Positions 61,500-64,000 of a DNA stretch of 64,000 bases are shown here, piece by piece. The position numbers and the translations under genes are program-made. Position 1 is the first letter of the stretch; every line of letters begins with the position of its first letter. This stretch comes from Hemiscyllium ocellatum (lineage: Eukaryota), in assembly GCF_020745735.1 (NCBI RefSeq), contig NC_083426.1:39866001-39930000 (forward strand). The letters are read 5' to 3'. The notes under the pieces are model-generated. The model made no database searches. It saw only the letters and a list, made by a program, of their open reading frames with translations, and was not told where the DNA came from.

Positions 61500-61775
61500 G
61501 GGGGAGTCAGGATTTAGGACTGAGTTGAGGAGGAACTTATTCACCTAAAGGGTTGTGAATCTATGGAATTCCCTGCTCAGTGAAACAGTTGAGGCTACCT
61601 CATTGAATGGTTTTAAGGCAAAGACAGATAGATTTTTGAACAGTAAAGGAATGAAGGATTATGGTGTATGGGAGATAAGTGGAGCTGAGTGCACAAAAAG
61701 ATCAGCCATAATCTTATTGAATGGTGGAGCAGGCTCGAGGGTCCAAGTGGTCTATTCCTGTTCCTATTTTTTATG
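61500..61775 (+). mobile_element. CR1 3' fragment
   Basis: NLWNSL..ETVEA.SL..FK peptide and tail shared with 26180-26390. Confidence 0.75.
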
Positions 61776-62244
61776 TACAAGAATATCAAGTAATTACAAC
61801 ATAAGTGTATTCTGTTACATAGCCCTGATGTGCTTGCAATGTGGTTCAGATTCCCACCCAGGTGAGATGCAGGTATCCTTTCATAGACAATCCAGCTTGC
61901 AGAGATATGATGGCATGTTGCCAACTAGCCGCCTCCTAAACATATAACACGCAGCTCTGTTGATAATGAACTGCTGCATTTCTCAGGATAAGGTCTGTTT
62001 CTATCGTCTCATAGGCACATCATCATAACACAGATATGATGGGGAATAGAACCATAATCAGAGTATGAATGTCTAACGTGTCCCAAAATGAACAGAATTC
62101 AGAACTCCCTTATGTCAGGACAGAATAGTTCAAATGCACCAAACTGTCATTCGTAAAACATCCCACATCCTCAGTTCCCCGTGTGACTGAATTTTCATTC
62201 CAGCTCTTCCTAGAACAATGTGAAATCTGACAGCATCCACCTAC

Positions 62245-62361
62245 CTCCACAGTGTGTCAGGCCATACAGTGTGTAACCTTTGTGGCAAAAGCATTCAAAG
62301 CTGCCAGGGGAGTTCACACAGATGTGATCACATGTTCTGTCAAAGGAGCATTCGTCAATAT
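62245..62361 (-). CDS. SCUBE3: SCUBE3-like exon, Ca-binding EGF repeat 8 ([39 protein letters not shown])
   Basis: 117 nt between ttgttttAG and GTagg, phase 1-1; six-Cys cbEGF pattern, nearly identical to recalled vertebrate SCUBE EGF8. Too short for the ORF track. Confidence 0.9.
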
Positions 62362-63792
62362 CTAAAACAAAAATGAGAGATAGATCATGGTACTGCAGAT
62401 ATTTACCCTGGACTCATCTAACTTGTGGAACATCTCAAACCATTCGAAATGACTGGAGCACAATCCAAATCTCCCAGGCTGCAATAATCTATATGTAGAC
62501 AATCAGAAAAACACAGCAGACTGAATATGAAGTGCATGCATAACCACAAACTGCAGATGGGAATTAATATTGATTCAAAGGTGTAAAACTAACCACTTGG
62601 TCTTTGAAGAAAGTTATGCAATATGATTGTAGGGAGCTGCAGGAGATATAAAGTGACACAAAGACTCAAGTTGCATTTCTGTTGGCAATTCTTGAAATAT
62701 CTGCTAAAGAACTCACTTACACCTGCTTCTCATGTAAGCTCATCCATTACCTTCACAAAGTCCAAGCCTGATTTTTCCAGTACATCTCCCATGGCTTCAC
62801 ACCAACCTCAAAGAGCAGATTTACCAGAATAAATGAAGGGTCAGTGATGCAAAAAGCAGTCAAATAGTCTCTGACTCATTGGCTTACATGTTGCAGAACC
62901 AGTATGGGCGCAATTTCAAAATCATGGTCCCTGGTCACCTTGGATCCTGAGACTGGTTTATCATTTTTAAAGGGAGTATGGGAAGGAAAGGAAAACCCAT
63001 TTGCCTCCAATTGAAGGTCCATTGAGTTCCTTAATGGGCAAGTTAAAGAGATTATCCAGTGCAGAAAGGAATTTTCAAACCATAATTTGGCAAATCTAAA
63101 TAATCTGTTGCATGTCAATGCACAGCTGTCAAGCACACCACAAGGCCAAGTAAAGTTTATTTTGTGTTTAAGTTCAAACTGTTTCTTATGGATCTACTTG
63201 AGTTGGCACCAGGACTTGGCCTTCACATTTCCTTTAACCCCCGTCGATGATGCTGCCTGGTTCTCTTTGGATTGGCAGCAACATCCCTCATCATGGCTGC
63301 TGTCCACCTTTGCCCCTGGTACCAGCCAGGCAGTTGCACTAATTGGGCCCACCATCTGGCCAATATGGGCACTAACATTTCCAAAAAGCACCGTGAGAGT
63401 GGGGCAGCTGAGGCACAGAGTCCAGACATGAAATTACTCCATGTGTCAGTTTCCCGAGCTCACTGAATATTCAGCCCAGTATCTTACAGCAGGAGATAAG
63501 GTCGGTTACAATACCTCACCACTACAGAAAAACAAACCTTTTTCATTCATGTTTCATGGAATATAGACAGCAGTAGCTGGGCCAGCCTTTACTGCCCATC
63601 CCTAATTTCCCTTTAGAAAGTGCCAGTGAATTGCCTTCTTGAACCACTGCTATTCACATGGCTTGGGTACACTCAAGAGTAAGGTGGTTTTGCATGGTTG
63701 ACAAGGTGTGTACCTGTAGGTTCACTATTTTTTAATCAGACTTTGTAGCAGTTAGACATACTGAGTGGTTTGCCTTGCCATATCTGAGTGTT

Positions 63793-64000
63793 GGGGTGGT
63801 ACAGTGGCTCAGTGGCTAGCACTGCTGCCTCACAGCACCAGGGATGCAGGTTTGATTCTAGCCTCAGGCACATTGTCCCTGTGTCTGCGTGGGTTTCTCC
63901 TCCAGGTGCTCTGGTTTCTTCTCACAGTTACAAACATGTTCAGGTCAGGTGAATTGGCCATGCTAAACTGCCTATGGCGTTAGGTGCATTAGTCAAAGGG
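63793..64000 (+). mobile_element. Decayed HE1-type SINE cut by the window edge
   Basis: Head and core align with 16025-16230. Confidence 0.8.

Noticed and set aside
366-62361. Assignment to SCUBE1 or SCUBE2
   Set aside because: The SGTEYEVA stretch is SCUBE1-like, but [31 protein letters not shown] and the EGF9 length fit SCUBE3 better; phylogeny and synteny would settle it.

Overview
Eukaryotic genomic DNA from a cartilaginous fish, most likely a shark (inferred from HE1-type SINEs, CR1/HER1-type LINEs and Deu-type SINEs). Seven small phase-1 coding exons of a minus-strand SCUBE-family gene, best matching SCUBE3, run from 62361 to 366: Ca-binding EGF repeats 8 and 9, the spacer region, and the start of the Cys-rich region (936 nt in total). 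The introns are mostly transposable elements: a full-length decayed L1-clade LINE with a 15-bp TSD, a nested stack of CR1 LINEs including one nearly intact copy, SINEs, Tigger-like MITEs, Harbinger Myb/SANT remnants, a U6 retrocopy and many Penelope-like element (PLE) pieces. The most striking signal is a set of short non-autonomous fold-back PLE derivatives with 12-16 bp TSDs and a 35-41 nt unpaired tail. They carry minimal type-I hammerhead ribozyme motifs (CUGAUGA...GAAA...NUH) whose stems covary between two PLE families, and two intact motifs lie in the sense orientation of the SCUBE3 pre-mRNA. All family and gene assignments come from recalled sequences and manual alignment, not from database searches; TE boundaries without a TSD are approximate.
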